Shown here one piece after another: positions 19,063 through 27,499 of a stretch of DNA of 64,000 nucleotides (the first letter of the stretch is position 1; each line of letters starts with the position of its first letter). Under the pieces are notes generated by a model. It searched no databases, was not told the DNA's origin, and saw only the letters and a program-made list of their open reading frames with translations. Made by a program: the position numbers and the translations under genes. Source of the stretch: Bryobacterales bacterium (lineage in GTDB: Bacteria > Acidobacteriota > Terriglobia > Bryobacterales > Bryobacteraceae); the NCBI GenBank assembly GCA_963698105.1, contig CAVOPN010000015.1:154692-218691 (forward strand), read 5' to 3'.

Positions 19063-19584
19063 TTAACTTCGGTCCGGATTCAGAACTGCAATATATCCTA
19101 AATTGCGGTAAAGCTGCTTATAATCCAGGCCGCAGCCGACGACGAAGCGGTCCGGAATTTCGAAGCAGCGGAAATCGACAGGTACCGGAACGATGCGGCG
19201 CACAGTGCGGTCGAGCAGGGTGCAAATCGCGATCGAGCGCGGAGAGCGCCCGGCGAGGGTTTGCAGCAGATATCGAGTGGTCAGGCCGGTGTCGACGATG
19301 TCTTCGACCAGCAGGACGTCTTCATCCTGGATGGGTTCGTCCAGATCCTTGGCGATGCGCACCATGCCCGGCGTATCGTGGCCGAAGCTCGAAATGGCCA
19401 GGAAATCGATCTTCACAGGGATGTCGATGGCGCGCGCGAGAGCGGTCAGGAAAAAGACGGATCCTTTTAATACGCCGACGAGTTTCAGTTCGCGGCCGCG
19501 AAATTTCGCGCTGATTTCGGCCGCGACTTCCTTGACGCGCGTGTTGACTTGTTCTTCGGTGAACAGGACGCGTTCAATGGGCAT
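19063..19584 (-). CDS. hpt: hypoxanthine phosphoribosyltransferase
   Basis: PRPP-binding motif VLLVEDIVDTGLT, ~173 aa, and the conserved GLDY box (CGLDYKQLYRNL). Confidence 0.9.
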   Translation of the reverse strand: MPIERVLFTEEQVNTRVKEVAAEISAKFRGRELKLVGVLKGSVFFLTALARAIDIPVKIDFLAISSFGHDTPGMVRIAKDLDEPIQDEDVLLVEDIVDTGLTTRYLLQTLAGRSPRSIAICTLLDRTVRRIVPVPVDFRCFEIPDRFVVGCGLDYKQLYRNLGYIAVLNPDRS

Positions 19585-20494
19585 GTTTGAAGACCAGGTC
19601 CTGCAAATCTTTTTGATAGAAGATCTGAATATTCACGTGCGGATAGATGGCGCGCAGCAATTTGATTTTACGATTCTTTTTAGTGACCAGAGCCTGCTTC
19701 ATTGTCGTAAGTTCGACATACAGATCGATTTCAGGCAGGTAAAAATCCGGAGTGAAAGCCTCGATCACATTGCCGTCTTTATCCCACTGGAGAGGGAAGC
19801 TGCGGGGCTCATATTCCCATTCGATGCGGTAGAAATTGAGCATATTCGCGAAAATCTGCTCGCTGGGATGCCCGAATTCGACGCGCTTCAAACTCGCCTG
19901 GCCGGCGGGCGCGATGCCGTGCTGGGCGAGCTGCAAGCGGGTTTGAAATTGCATTTGCGCTTCGGCGGCGCCCGAAAGGAATCCATACTCGATAAGATGG
20001 CGGGCGCAGCAGGCGGCGCGCAGAATTTCCGCGGCTTGGGGAGCGTCCATGAACTCCATATTCAGAACCAGGTCGTAGGTCTTGACGGCTCTCGCGACTC
20101 TGGATTTACGCAGGCGCTTGGCTTCGGAATCGAGACCGGTCAAAGTTTTGAGGGCCGCCGGACGTTCGAGGCGCTGGTCCACCATGACGTTACCCGCGCG
20201 GCGCGCTTCCGGTGCGACGATACCGGCGCGCAGCAGCATCGGCAGGGGGTTGAAAAGAGATTCGGCTCCGGTGACGGCAACCACTAAATGGTGGGTGGTG
20301 GCCATGCGGGTAAGGATCAAAACTGCCGCTGGTTTCCAGGCTTTTTCAGGGATCTCGGTCTCACCGAATTCCTGAGTCAGCCAGGAAGCGAGCCTGGATT
20401 CGGTAACCAATTCGAACGACAACAGTTGCGCGGCGGCGTGCGCGACTTCTTCCCAGCGCGACGCGGGGTCGCCCGAAATGGTCAGGAGTGCCAT
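19574..20494 (-). CDS. hypothetical protein: degenerate cytidylate-kinase-like N-domain plus PD-(D/E)xK nuclease-like C-domain
   Basis: The N-terminus LLTISGDPASRW resembles a P-loop that has lost its GK[ST]. The C-terminus IEWEYEPRSF...FTPDFYLPEIDLYVELTTMK has TnsA/Vsr-like D...E-x-K geometry. 11-nt overlap with hpt. Confidence 0.55.
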   Translation of the reverse strand: MALLTISGDPASRWEEVAHAAAQLLSFELVTESRLASWLTQEFGETEIPEKAWKPAAVLILTRMATTHHLVVAVTGAESLFNPLPMLLRAGIVAPEARRAGNVMVDQRLERPAALKTLTGLDSEAKRLRKSRVARAVKTYDLVLNMEFMDAPQAAEILRAACCARHLIEYGFLSGAAEAQMQFQTRLQLAQHGIAPAGQASLKRVEFGHPSEQIFANMLNFYRIEWEYEPRSFPLQWDKDGNVIEAFTPDFYLPEIDLYVELTTMKQALVTKKNRKIKLLRAIYPHVNIQIFYQKDLQDLVFKHAH

Positions 20495-20498
20495 TCGC

Positions 20499-20504
20499 TA
20501 CAAT
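20499..20504 (+). promoter_or_regulatory. -10-like hexamer TACAAT 6 nt upstream of the ATG at 20511 (leaderless geometry)
   Basis: Lies inside a 16-nt divergent intergenic spacer. No Shine-Dalgarno sequence is possible there. Confidence 0.35.
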
Positions 20505-20510
20505 CCTACA

Positions 20511-21323
20511 ATGGTCCTCGGTGTGGATATCGGTGGGACGAAAATTGCTACCGGCATTGTGAATGAGCGGGCCGAGGTTGGGCGGGCGAGGAGTCTTGCC
20601 ACGCTGGCGAATCAAGGGTATGACGTTTCCATCGGGCAGGTTTGGAAGGCGATTGAAGAAGGTCTTTCCGCCGGCGTGACGGCGATCGGGATTTGCGCGC
20701 CGGGTCCTCTGAATCCGAAAACAGGGGTGATTTTGAATCCTCCGAATTTGCCTGGGTGGCGCGATATCGCGCTTCAGGAGATGGCCGAGGCGCGATTCGG
20801 ATTGCCGGTACGCGTGGAGAATGACTGTAATGCGGCGGGACTGGCGGAGGCCCGGTTTGGAGCGGCAAAAGGCTGCGCCAGCGTGTTTTATGCGGCGATC
20901 GGCACGGGGATTGGATCGGGAATTATTCTGGACGGGAAGATTTATCACGGGAAGCATGGCTTCGCCGCGGAGGGTGGGCATGTTTCGATCGATTACCGGA
21001 GTGAAACGGTGTGCCGATGCGGGTCGAGGGGGTGCATTGAGGCGCTGGCGTCCGGACACGTGCTCGAGCGTGGAGCCTACGATTTGGATCAGTTGGCGGT
21101 TCAACTGGGCGCCTGGCTAGGAAGCGTGGTGAGCCTGCTGGATCCGGACATTATCGTGATTGGAGGTGGTGTGGCGGGGATCGGAGAGCCTCTGTTCGAG
21201 CGGCTGCGGGTGATTGTGCCGACGCGGACGGTGAATCCTTATGCTAGGGAACTGCCGATTGTAGCGGCTAAATTTGGCTCGGAAGCCGGGATTGTTGGGG
21301 CGGCGACACTGCTGGCGGTATGA
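20511..21323 (+). CDS. ROK-family glucokinase-like sugar kinase
   Basis: Start MVLGVDIGGTKIA. ROK zinc motif CRCGSRGCIEA. ExGH-like GGHVSI. Confidence 0.8.
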   Translation: MVLGVDIGGTKIATGIVNERAEVGRARSLATLANQGYDVSIGQVWKAIEEGLSAGVTAIGICAPGPLNPKTGVILNPPNLPGWRDIALQEMAEARFGLPVRVENDCNAAGLAEARFGAAKGCASVFYAAIGTGIGSGIILDGKIYHGKHGFAAEGGHVSIDYRSETVCRCGSRGCIEALASGHVLERGAYDLDQLAVQLGAWLGSVVSLLDPDIIVIGGGVAGIGEPLFERLRVIVPTRTVNPYARELPIVAAKFGSEAGIVGAATLLAV

Positions 21324-21345
21324 TCGAGGTTTGGGAGAGAAAAGT

Positions 21346-22896
21346 ATGGGTTTCTTCCTGGTTTTGATGCTATTCGCGGCTTCGGCCGGTGCACAGAGTG
21401 CGCCCAGCGGGTGGACGCTGGTATGGAGCGACGAGTTTAACGGCGCGGCCGGATCGGCTCCGAATCCCGCGAATTGGAATTTCGATTTGGGAGGAGGCGG
21501 CTGGGGCAACGGTGAGGCGGAGACATATACCAACTCGCCGAATAACGTGTTCCAGGACGGAAAGGGCAACCTGGTGATCCGCGCTATTAAGGATGCGCAG
21601 GGGAATTACACTTCGGCGCGTTTGCAGACCGGGGCGCCGGGAGCGTCGACCAGCACCACCGATTTGAGCTGGCAATATGGGTTGATCCAGGCCCGGATCA
21701 AGATTCCTTATGGGAAAGGCGTGTGGCCGGCGTTCTGGATGTTGGGCGAGAACATTTCCAAGGTGGGCTGGCCGACTTGCGGCGAGTTGGACATCATGGA
21801 GAATTTCGGGACTTATCACAATAATTTCAACATCAATAATGGGACTCCGCATGGGCCGGGGTTTACGAATGTCGCATCGCTGTCTGTGCCGTACACGCTG
21901 CCGTTCGGCGAGACGGTTTACAACGACTACCACGTTTACGCGATTCAATGGTCTCAGGATTCGATTACCTGGCTGGTGGATGGACATGCGTACAGCACGG
22001 TGACCCCGGCGTCGCTGCCGGCGGGGAGCACGTGGCCGTTCAATGCACCGGCGTTCATTTTGCTGAATCTCGCGATTGGGGGGCCGACTACGTTTCTGGG
22101 AATGCCGGATTCGACAGTGACCTTTCCTGAGGACATGCTGGTGGATTGGGTGCGCGTGTATCAACCGGCGGCGGCTGCGGCGAGCACTCCGATAATTACT
22201 CCGGGGAGCGTGGTGAATGGGGCGTCCTATCTGGGGGCGATCTCGCCTGGAAGTTTGGCGGCGGTGTATGGGACGAATCTGGCGGATGCGGTACATACGG
22301 TCTCAGGTCCGGATTTTCCGACGAATGTGGCGGGAGTTACGGTGACGGTGAATGGACTGCCTGCGCCTCTGATTTACGTTTCTCCGACGCAGATCAATTT
22401 TCAGGTTCCGTGGGAGGTTTCTCCAGGACTGGCGGTGCCGGTCGAGGTTAGCTGGAATGGGGCAGCGAGCAATGTGGAACAGGTTACGATCGCGTCGACG
22501 GCGTCTCCGTCTATGTTTTTGAGTGAGTATGTCAATGGTGTCGCGTGGGTGACCGGGGCTGTGGCGGATGGGTGTCCTACGCCGGTTTCGGAATGTTCGG
22601 TAAAGGCGGGGGCGAATTATCAACTTTGGGCGAATGGGTTGGGACCGGTGAGTTCGGCGTTAGAGGATGGCGTGCCTGCGCCTTTGGCTCCGCTGGAAGT
22701 TACGGGAAGTTGTCAGTTGACGATTGGTGGGCAGACCGCTCAGGTATTGTATTGCGGGGCTGCGCCGGGGGAGATTATTGACCAGGTGAATTTCGTATAT
22801 CCGCCGGGGGTGGGGTCGAGTAGTTCGGGATATGTGGGTGCGATGCTGACGGTGGGGGGAGAGACGGGATATTTTCGGGTTCCGGCGCCTTCGTGA
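21346..22896 (+). CDS. secreted glycoside hydrolase family 16 (beta-glucanase/laminarinase-like) with a Solibacter-type Ig-like C-terminal domain
   Basis: Signal peptide MGFFLVLMLFAASAGAQS. GH16 catalytic motif GELDIMEN (ExDxxE). The C-terminal part ITPGSVVNGASY...PTQINFQVPW resembles the TIGR03437-type domain (from recollection). Confidence 0.8.
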   Translation: MGFFLVLMLFAASAGAQSAPSGWTLVWSDEFNGAAGSAPNPANWNFDLGGGGWGNGEAETYTNSPNNVFQDGKGNLVIRAIKDAQGNYTSARLQTGAPGASTSTTDLSWQYGLIQARIKIPYGKGVWPAFWMLGENISKVGWPTCGELDIMENFGTYHNNFNINNGTPHGPGFTNVASLSVPYTLPFGETVYNDYHVYAIQWSQDSITWLVDGHAYSTVTPASLPAGSTWPFNAPAFILLNLAIGGPTTFLGMPDSTVTFPEDMLVDWVRVYQPAAAAASTPIITPGSVVNGASYLGAISPGSLAAVYGTNLADAVHTVSGPDFPTNVAGVTVTVNGLPAPLIYVSPTQINFQVPWEVSPGLAVPVEVSWNGAASNVEQVTIASTASPSMFLSEYVNGVAWVTGAVADGCPTPVSECSVKAGANYQLWANGLGPVSSALEDGVPAPLAPLEVTGSCQLTIGGQTAQVLYCGAAPGEIIDQVNFVYPPGVGSSSSGYVGAMLTVGGETGYFRVPAPS

Positions 22897-22916
22897 TTTG
22901 TTGGGGAGTCGGAGCT

Positions 22917-23115
22917 GACCGCTCCCGGTGGTCGCGGCTCTTTTGCAGAAGAAACGTCGACACTGTCGAAGGCACAGGGTCGAGTAGTCGGGCTGGGGCG
23001 AAAAGTGGGGACAGCCCGCTCTGTCCACGGCGGCGTCGAAGGCGGTCCTAGATTGGCGATTTTGGGCGCCTTGGGACAGAGTAGGCAGTCCCCATTTTTC
23101 GCAGTTTTTATCGCG
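22917..23115. repeat. composite intergenic repeat (family B, copy 1), beginning with a family C unit
   Basis: Blocks ggggcgaaaagtggggacagcccgctctgtccacgg and gggcgccttgggacagagtaggcagtccccatttttcgca are identical to the reverse complement of 47501-47571. Confidence 0.65.
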
Positions 23116-23145
23116 GTCGGGACGCGCCGCACACAGGCGGATGGT

Positions 23146-24360
23146 TTATGAATGTTTGCTGGCTGATTCCAGGTTGGGGAGGAAGGCGGTCAGCAGGCCT
23201 ATTGCTGGCAGGAAAGCGCAGAGTTGGTAGACGAAGGTGATGCTGGTCGCGTCGATCAGGCGGCCCAGGAGGGCGGCTCCTATGCCGGCTACTCCGAAGG
23301 CAAGGCCGAAAAATATACCGGAGATGGTGCCTACCCGGCCAGGGACCAGTTCCTGGGCGTAGACGAGGATGGCGGAAAAGGCGGACGCGATTACCAGGCC
23401 GATGATGACCGTCAGGATCGAGGTCCAGAACAGGTTGGCGTGGGGCAGCGCGAGAGTGAAGGGCAATACTCCCAGGATCGAGCACCAGATTACATATTTG
23501 CGTCCGATGCGGTCGCCGATGGGGCCTCCCGCAAAGGTTCCGACGGCGGCGGCGCCCAGGAACAGGAACAGGTGGATCTGCGCGTTCTGCACGGAGACGT
23601 GGAATTTATCGATTAAATAGAAAATGTAATAGGCAGTGAAGCTCGCCAAGTAGATATATTTCGAGAAGATCAGCGCGACCAGAACACTCATGGCCAGCGC
23701 TACTTTTTGGCGCGATAGAGTCGAATGGCGAGCCGGGGCGACTCGTTGCGCGGTGGGCGGGTGATGATTTTTGTACCAGGTGCCAACACGGGTCAGGATC
23801 AAGATGGAAATCAGGGCAGCGATGGAGAACCAGGCGATGCTGTGCTGGCCTTTCGGAAGGACGATGAAGGCGGCGAGCAGGGGTCCGGTAGCGGAGCCGG
23901 CGTTGCCTCCGACTTGAAAAAGGGATTGCGCGAGGCCGTGCTGTCCTCCTGAGGCGAGGCGCGCGATTCGCGAAGATTCGGGGTGAAAAACGGCAGACCC
24001 TACACCGACCAATGCGACGGCGGCCAGGATCGCGAGGAAACTGGGGGCCGAGGAGAGTAAAAGAAGTCCAGTGAGGGTGAATCCCATGCCGATGGCTAGG
24101 GAATAAGGCTTGGGGTGAGCGTCGGTATAGGTTCCGACCAGGGGCTGGAGCAGGGAAGCGGTGATCTGAAGAGATGCCGTGATCATGCCGATCTGGCTGA
24201 AATCGAGGTGATAGGAGGTTTTGAGGATCGGATAGACGGCGGGGACGACAGACTGCATCATGTCGTTCAGGAGATGGCAAAAAGAGATGGCGGCCAGGAT
24301 TCGGAATGCGGTGGCGCCCGGGTTTTGAGTGACGTGAGGCGGGAGGGTTTGGGTGGACAC
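23146..24360 (-). CDS. MFS transporter, Fsr (fosmidomycin-resistance-like) family
   Basis: 12-TM protein. The N-terminal ILAAISFCHLLNDMMQSVVPAVYPILK is typical of the Fsr subfamily. Confidence 0.75.
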   Translation of the reverse strand: MSTQTLPPHVTQNPGATAFRILAAISFCHLLNDMMQSVVPAVYPILKTSYHLDFSQIGMITASLQITASLLQPLVGTYTDAHPKPYSLAIGMGFTLTGLLLLSSAPSFLAILAAVALVGVGSAVFHPESSRIARLASGGQHGLAQSLFQVGGNAGSATGPLLAAFIVLPKGQHSIAWFSIAALISILILTRVGTWYKNHHPPTAQRVAPARHSTLSRQKVALAMSVLVALIFSKYIYLASFTAYYIFYLIDKFHVSVQNAQIHLFLFLGAAAVGTFAGGPIGDRIGRKYVIWCSILGVLPFTLALPHANLFWTSILTVIIGLVIASAFSAILVYAQELVPGRVGTISGIFFGLAFGVAGIGAALLGRLIDATSITFVYQLCAFLPAIGLLTAFLPNLESASKHS

Positions 24361-24388
24361 TCTTTCTCATTGTAATGCTTCGGGAGAC

Positions 24389-24412
24389 GACCGCTCCGGC
24401 TGGTCGCGGTTC
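24389..24412. repeat. family C short repeat gaccgctccggctggtcgcggttc
   Basis: Same orientation and near-identical to 22917-22940. The two copies bracket the Fsr gene. Confidence 0.55.
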
Positions 24413-24565
24413 TTAAGGCGTGCGATACACAACTGTATATTGGAATCTCTTAAAATACATAATGGGGGATTGCTCCGGGCTTGAAAGTGCTGTAATATCA
24501 ATCACAAGCTTCGGTCAAAGGGTGGTCATCCACGTGCTACGGATGTACCGGGTTCGTGTCGCTGT

Positions 24566-27499
24566 ATGAGGGAATTCAGGCAACAGCTCGTGAGTGCGTT
24601 GCTGGTGGTGATTACGGTTGCGGCGGTAATTGCGGCGGCCATCAATTTCCAGCAGCAGAGCCGTTTTGCGCTGCCTGACGACGGGGTGGCCTGGGTTGAC
24701 CAGGCGGCCGGCGATTCGGAGCGGGTGGTGGCGGCTTACGTGACTCCGGGGAGCGCGGCGGCGCAGGAGGCCGGGTTGAGGGCGGGGGACGTGCTCCTGT
24801 CGATTGCGGGTGTGCGGATAGAGAACGCGCTGAAGGCGACGGAGGTACTGGCGAGGCTGGGTCCGTGGTATCAGGCGGATTACGAAATTCAACGCGGCGG
24901 GAAGAGTTTTACCGCCAAGGTGATTATCGGGCAGGTGGAGCGCGACTCCACTGTTTTTTATCAATATGCGGTTGCGGTGGTGTACCTGGCCATCGGCTTG
25001 TTCGTATATTTCCGCCGGGGGACCGCCCCGCGGGCGTTGCATTTTTTTCTGCTATGCCTCACGTCGTTCATCATGTCGTCGTTCCATTATTCGGGGAAGC
25101 TGAATAATTTCGACAAGGTGATTTATTTGGGGAACGTGGTAGCGGGATATTTTGCACCGACCTTGTTCCTGCATTTCTGCTGCGTATTTCCGGAGCCGCA
25201 GAAATGGATCCGGCGGAAGGGCGCGGCGGTGCTGCTCTATTTACCGGGGCTGGTTCTGCTGGCGTTCCATCTGAGTATCATGTTCGCAGCGGCGCCGCGC
25301 CTGGAAATGCGGTGGATGCTGGATCGGACTTGGCTGACCTTCCTGTGCACGATGTACCTGGCGGGAGGAATGGTGCTGGCGTGGCAGCTGCGGAGGGCCG
25401 AGGATCCGATCGTGAGAAGGCAGTTGACGTGGCTGCGCAATGGGGCGGTGATCGGAATTCTACCGTTCGCGCTGATTTATGCGGTTCCGTATTTGATGGG
25501 CGTGCCTCCGAACCACGCGATGAATCTGGCGGTGCTTTCGCTGCCCTTGATTCCTTTGACCTGGGCGTACGCGATTCTGCGCTACCGGCTGATGGACGTC
25601 GACGTGATTTTCCAGGAAGGGTATGTTTACACGCTGGCTACGCTTGCGGTGCTGTCCATTTTCTATGGCCTGATTTTCACGGTGAGCAAGGCGGGAGAAT
25701 TGAGCGGGACGGCGATGGTGGCGCTGATTCTGATCGCGGCGTTCGTGTTCCAGCCGATTCGAAACTGGATTCAGGAGCAGCTGGACCGATACTACTTCTA
25801 TAAGGACCGCTACGATTACCGGCGCACGCTGATCGAGTTTGCGCGCGAGCTGGGGTCGCCCACGAATCTAGGGGAGATGCTGGAAAGCGTGGCGGACCGG
25901 CTGATTCGCACGCTGGGGATTCGGCACGTGGCGTTTTTCGTGTGGGATGAAGGGGAGGCGAAGTTCCGGTTGGAACTGGCCAGTAACCGGCGGGGGAAGC
26001 AGACGGAGAACGTGCCGTACGGCCTCGACATGAGTTTTCTGAGCGCGAGTCCGAAGAAGCCGTATTTGTTTTTTGAGCGGACCAGGAATTTGCTGGACGT
26101 GGTTTCGCATGAGATGCCGGTGTCGGCCCGGCGATCGATTGCGGAGCTGGAGCTGACGTATTATCTGCCCTGTTCGGCGCGCGGACGGACGATTGCTTAT
26201 CTGGGGGTGAGCCGCACGGAGACCGGCGATTTTCTCTCTAGCGAGGACGTTGAATTGCTGGTGACGCTTTCGGGATACGTCGGCATCGCGGTGGATAATT
26301 CGATGCTCTATCAATCGCTCGCGCGCAAGGTGGAAGAGTACGAAAAGTTGAAAGAGTTCAGCGAGAATATTGTGGAATCGATCAACGTGGGCATTCTGGC
26401 GGCGGATCTGGAAGATCGCGTTGAGAGCTGGAATTCGCAGATCGAAAAGCTGACCGGGATTTCCAGGGAGCGCGCGCTGGGCAGGAAGCTGGCGGAACTG
26501 CTTCCCGCAGAATTATGCGACCGTTTGGGCGACGGCGTCGAGAACGTCTACAAGTTTGTTTTGAAGCCTAAGGACGTGACGTTGAATATTGCCATCGCAC
26601 CGCTGATTTCGCGTGAAGGAGCGCAGATCGGGCGGCTGATTATTTTCGACGACGTCACGGACCGGGCGGAGCTGGAGCGGCGGCTGATGCAGGCCGATAA
26701 GCTGAGCTCCATCGGGCTGCTGGCGGCGGGCGTGGCGCATGAGGTCAATACTCCGCTGGCGGTGATTTCAACTTACGCGCAGATGCTGGCCAAGCAGATT
26801 TCGGGAGACGAGCAGAAGGCTCCGCTGCTTGAAAAAATCGCGCGGCAGACGTTTCGGGCGAGCGAGATCGTCAATTCGCTGCTGAATTTTTCGCGCACTT
26901 CGGCGACGGAGTTTGTGAGTGTCGATTTGAATAAAGTGGTTCGCGAGACGCTGGCGTTGATGGAACATCAGCTCACCAAATCGGGCGTCACGGTGAATTT
27001 AACGTTCGACGAAAAGCTGCCGCGGATCAAAGGGAGTCCAGGAAAATTGCAGCAGGTGTTCCTGAATTTATTCCTGAATGCCCGGGACGCGATGGAGCGC
27101 GGAGGGGTGCTGGCGGTAAAAACGTCGGCGCACGACGGGCATGTGCTGGTGTCGGTTGCGGATTCCGGAGGCGGAATCGCGCGGGAGAATCTGGAAAGGA
27201 TTTTCGATCCTTTTTTTACGACGAAGGGCGCGAAAAAGGGCACCGGCCTGGGCTTATCGGTTAGCTACGGAATTGTGCGCGAGCACGCGGGGAATATCGA
27301 GGTCCAGAGCGAACTGGGCGCGGGCACGCGGTTCGAGCTATCATTCCCGGAGGCGGTGGTGGTGAAGCGAATCGAGAATCCGATGATCGAGAAACCAATA
27401 GCGGAGCCGGTTTCGGTACAGGCCGTTTCTACACAGGCGATCTCGACGCAGGTGGGGCAGACGGCTGTCGCCTCGCAAAATGACAGGTTGATTTGTTGA
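24566..27499 (+). CDS. multidomain sensor histidine kinase (PDZ, polytopic membrane region, GAF, PAS, HisKA, HATPase_c)
   Basis: PDZ-like segment (GLRAGDVLLSIAGVRI), about 8 TM helices, H-box AAGVAHEVNTPLAV, N-box LNLFLNARDA, G-boxes DSGGGI and GTGLGLS. Confidence 0.85.
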   Translation: MREFRQQLVSALLVVITVAAVIAAAINFQQQSRFALPDDGVAWVDQAAGDSERVVAAYVTPGSAAAQEAGLRAGDVLLSIAGVRIENALKATEVLARLGPWYQADYEIQRGGKSFTAKVIIGQVERDSTVFYQYAVAVVYLAIGLFVYFRRGTAPRALHFFLLCLTSFIMSSFHYSGKLNNFDKVIYLGNVVAGYFAPTLFLHFCCVFPEPQKWIRRKGAAVLLYLPGLVLLAFHLSIMFAAAPRLEMRWMLDRTWLTFLCTMYLAGGMVLAWQLRRAEDPIVRRQLTWLRNGAVIGILPFALIYAVPYLMGVPPNHAMNLAVLSLPLIPLTWAYAILRYRLMDVDVIFQEGYVYTLATLAVLSIFYGLIFTVSKAGELSGTAMVALILIAAFVFQPIRNWIQEQLDRYYFYKDRYDYRRTLIEFARELGSPTNLGEMLESVADRLIRTLGIRHVAFFVWDEGEAKFRLELASNRRGKQTENVPYGLDMSFLSASPKKPYLFFERTRNLLDVVSHEMPVSARRSIAELELTYYLPCSARGRTIAYLGVSRTETGDFLSSEDVELLVTLSGYVGIAVDNSMLYQSLARKVEEYEKLKEFSENIVESINVGILAADLEDRVESWNSQIEKLTGISRERALGRKLAELLPAELCDRLGDGVENVYKFVLKPKDVTLNIAIAPLISREGAQIGRLIIFDDVTDRAELERRLMQADKLSSIGLLAAGVAHEVNTPLAVISTYAQMLAKQISGDEQKAPLLEKIARQTFRASEIVNSLLNFSRTSATEFVSVDLNKVVRETLALMEHQLTKSGVTVNLTFDEKLPRIKGSPGKLQQVFLNLFLNARDAMERGGVLAVKTSAHDGHVLVSVADSGGGIARENLERIFDPFFTTKGAKKGTGLGLSVSYGIVREHAGNIEVQSELGAGTRFELSFPEAVVVKRIENPMIEKPIAEPVSVQAVSTQAISTQVGQTAVASQNDRLIC

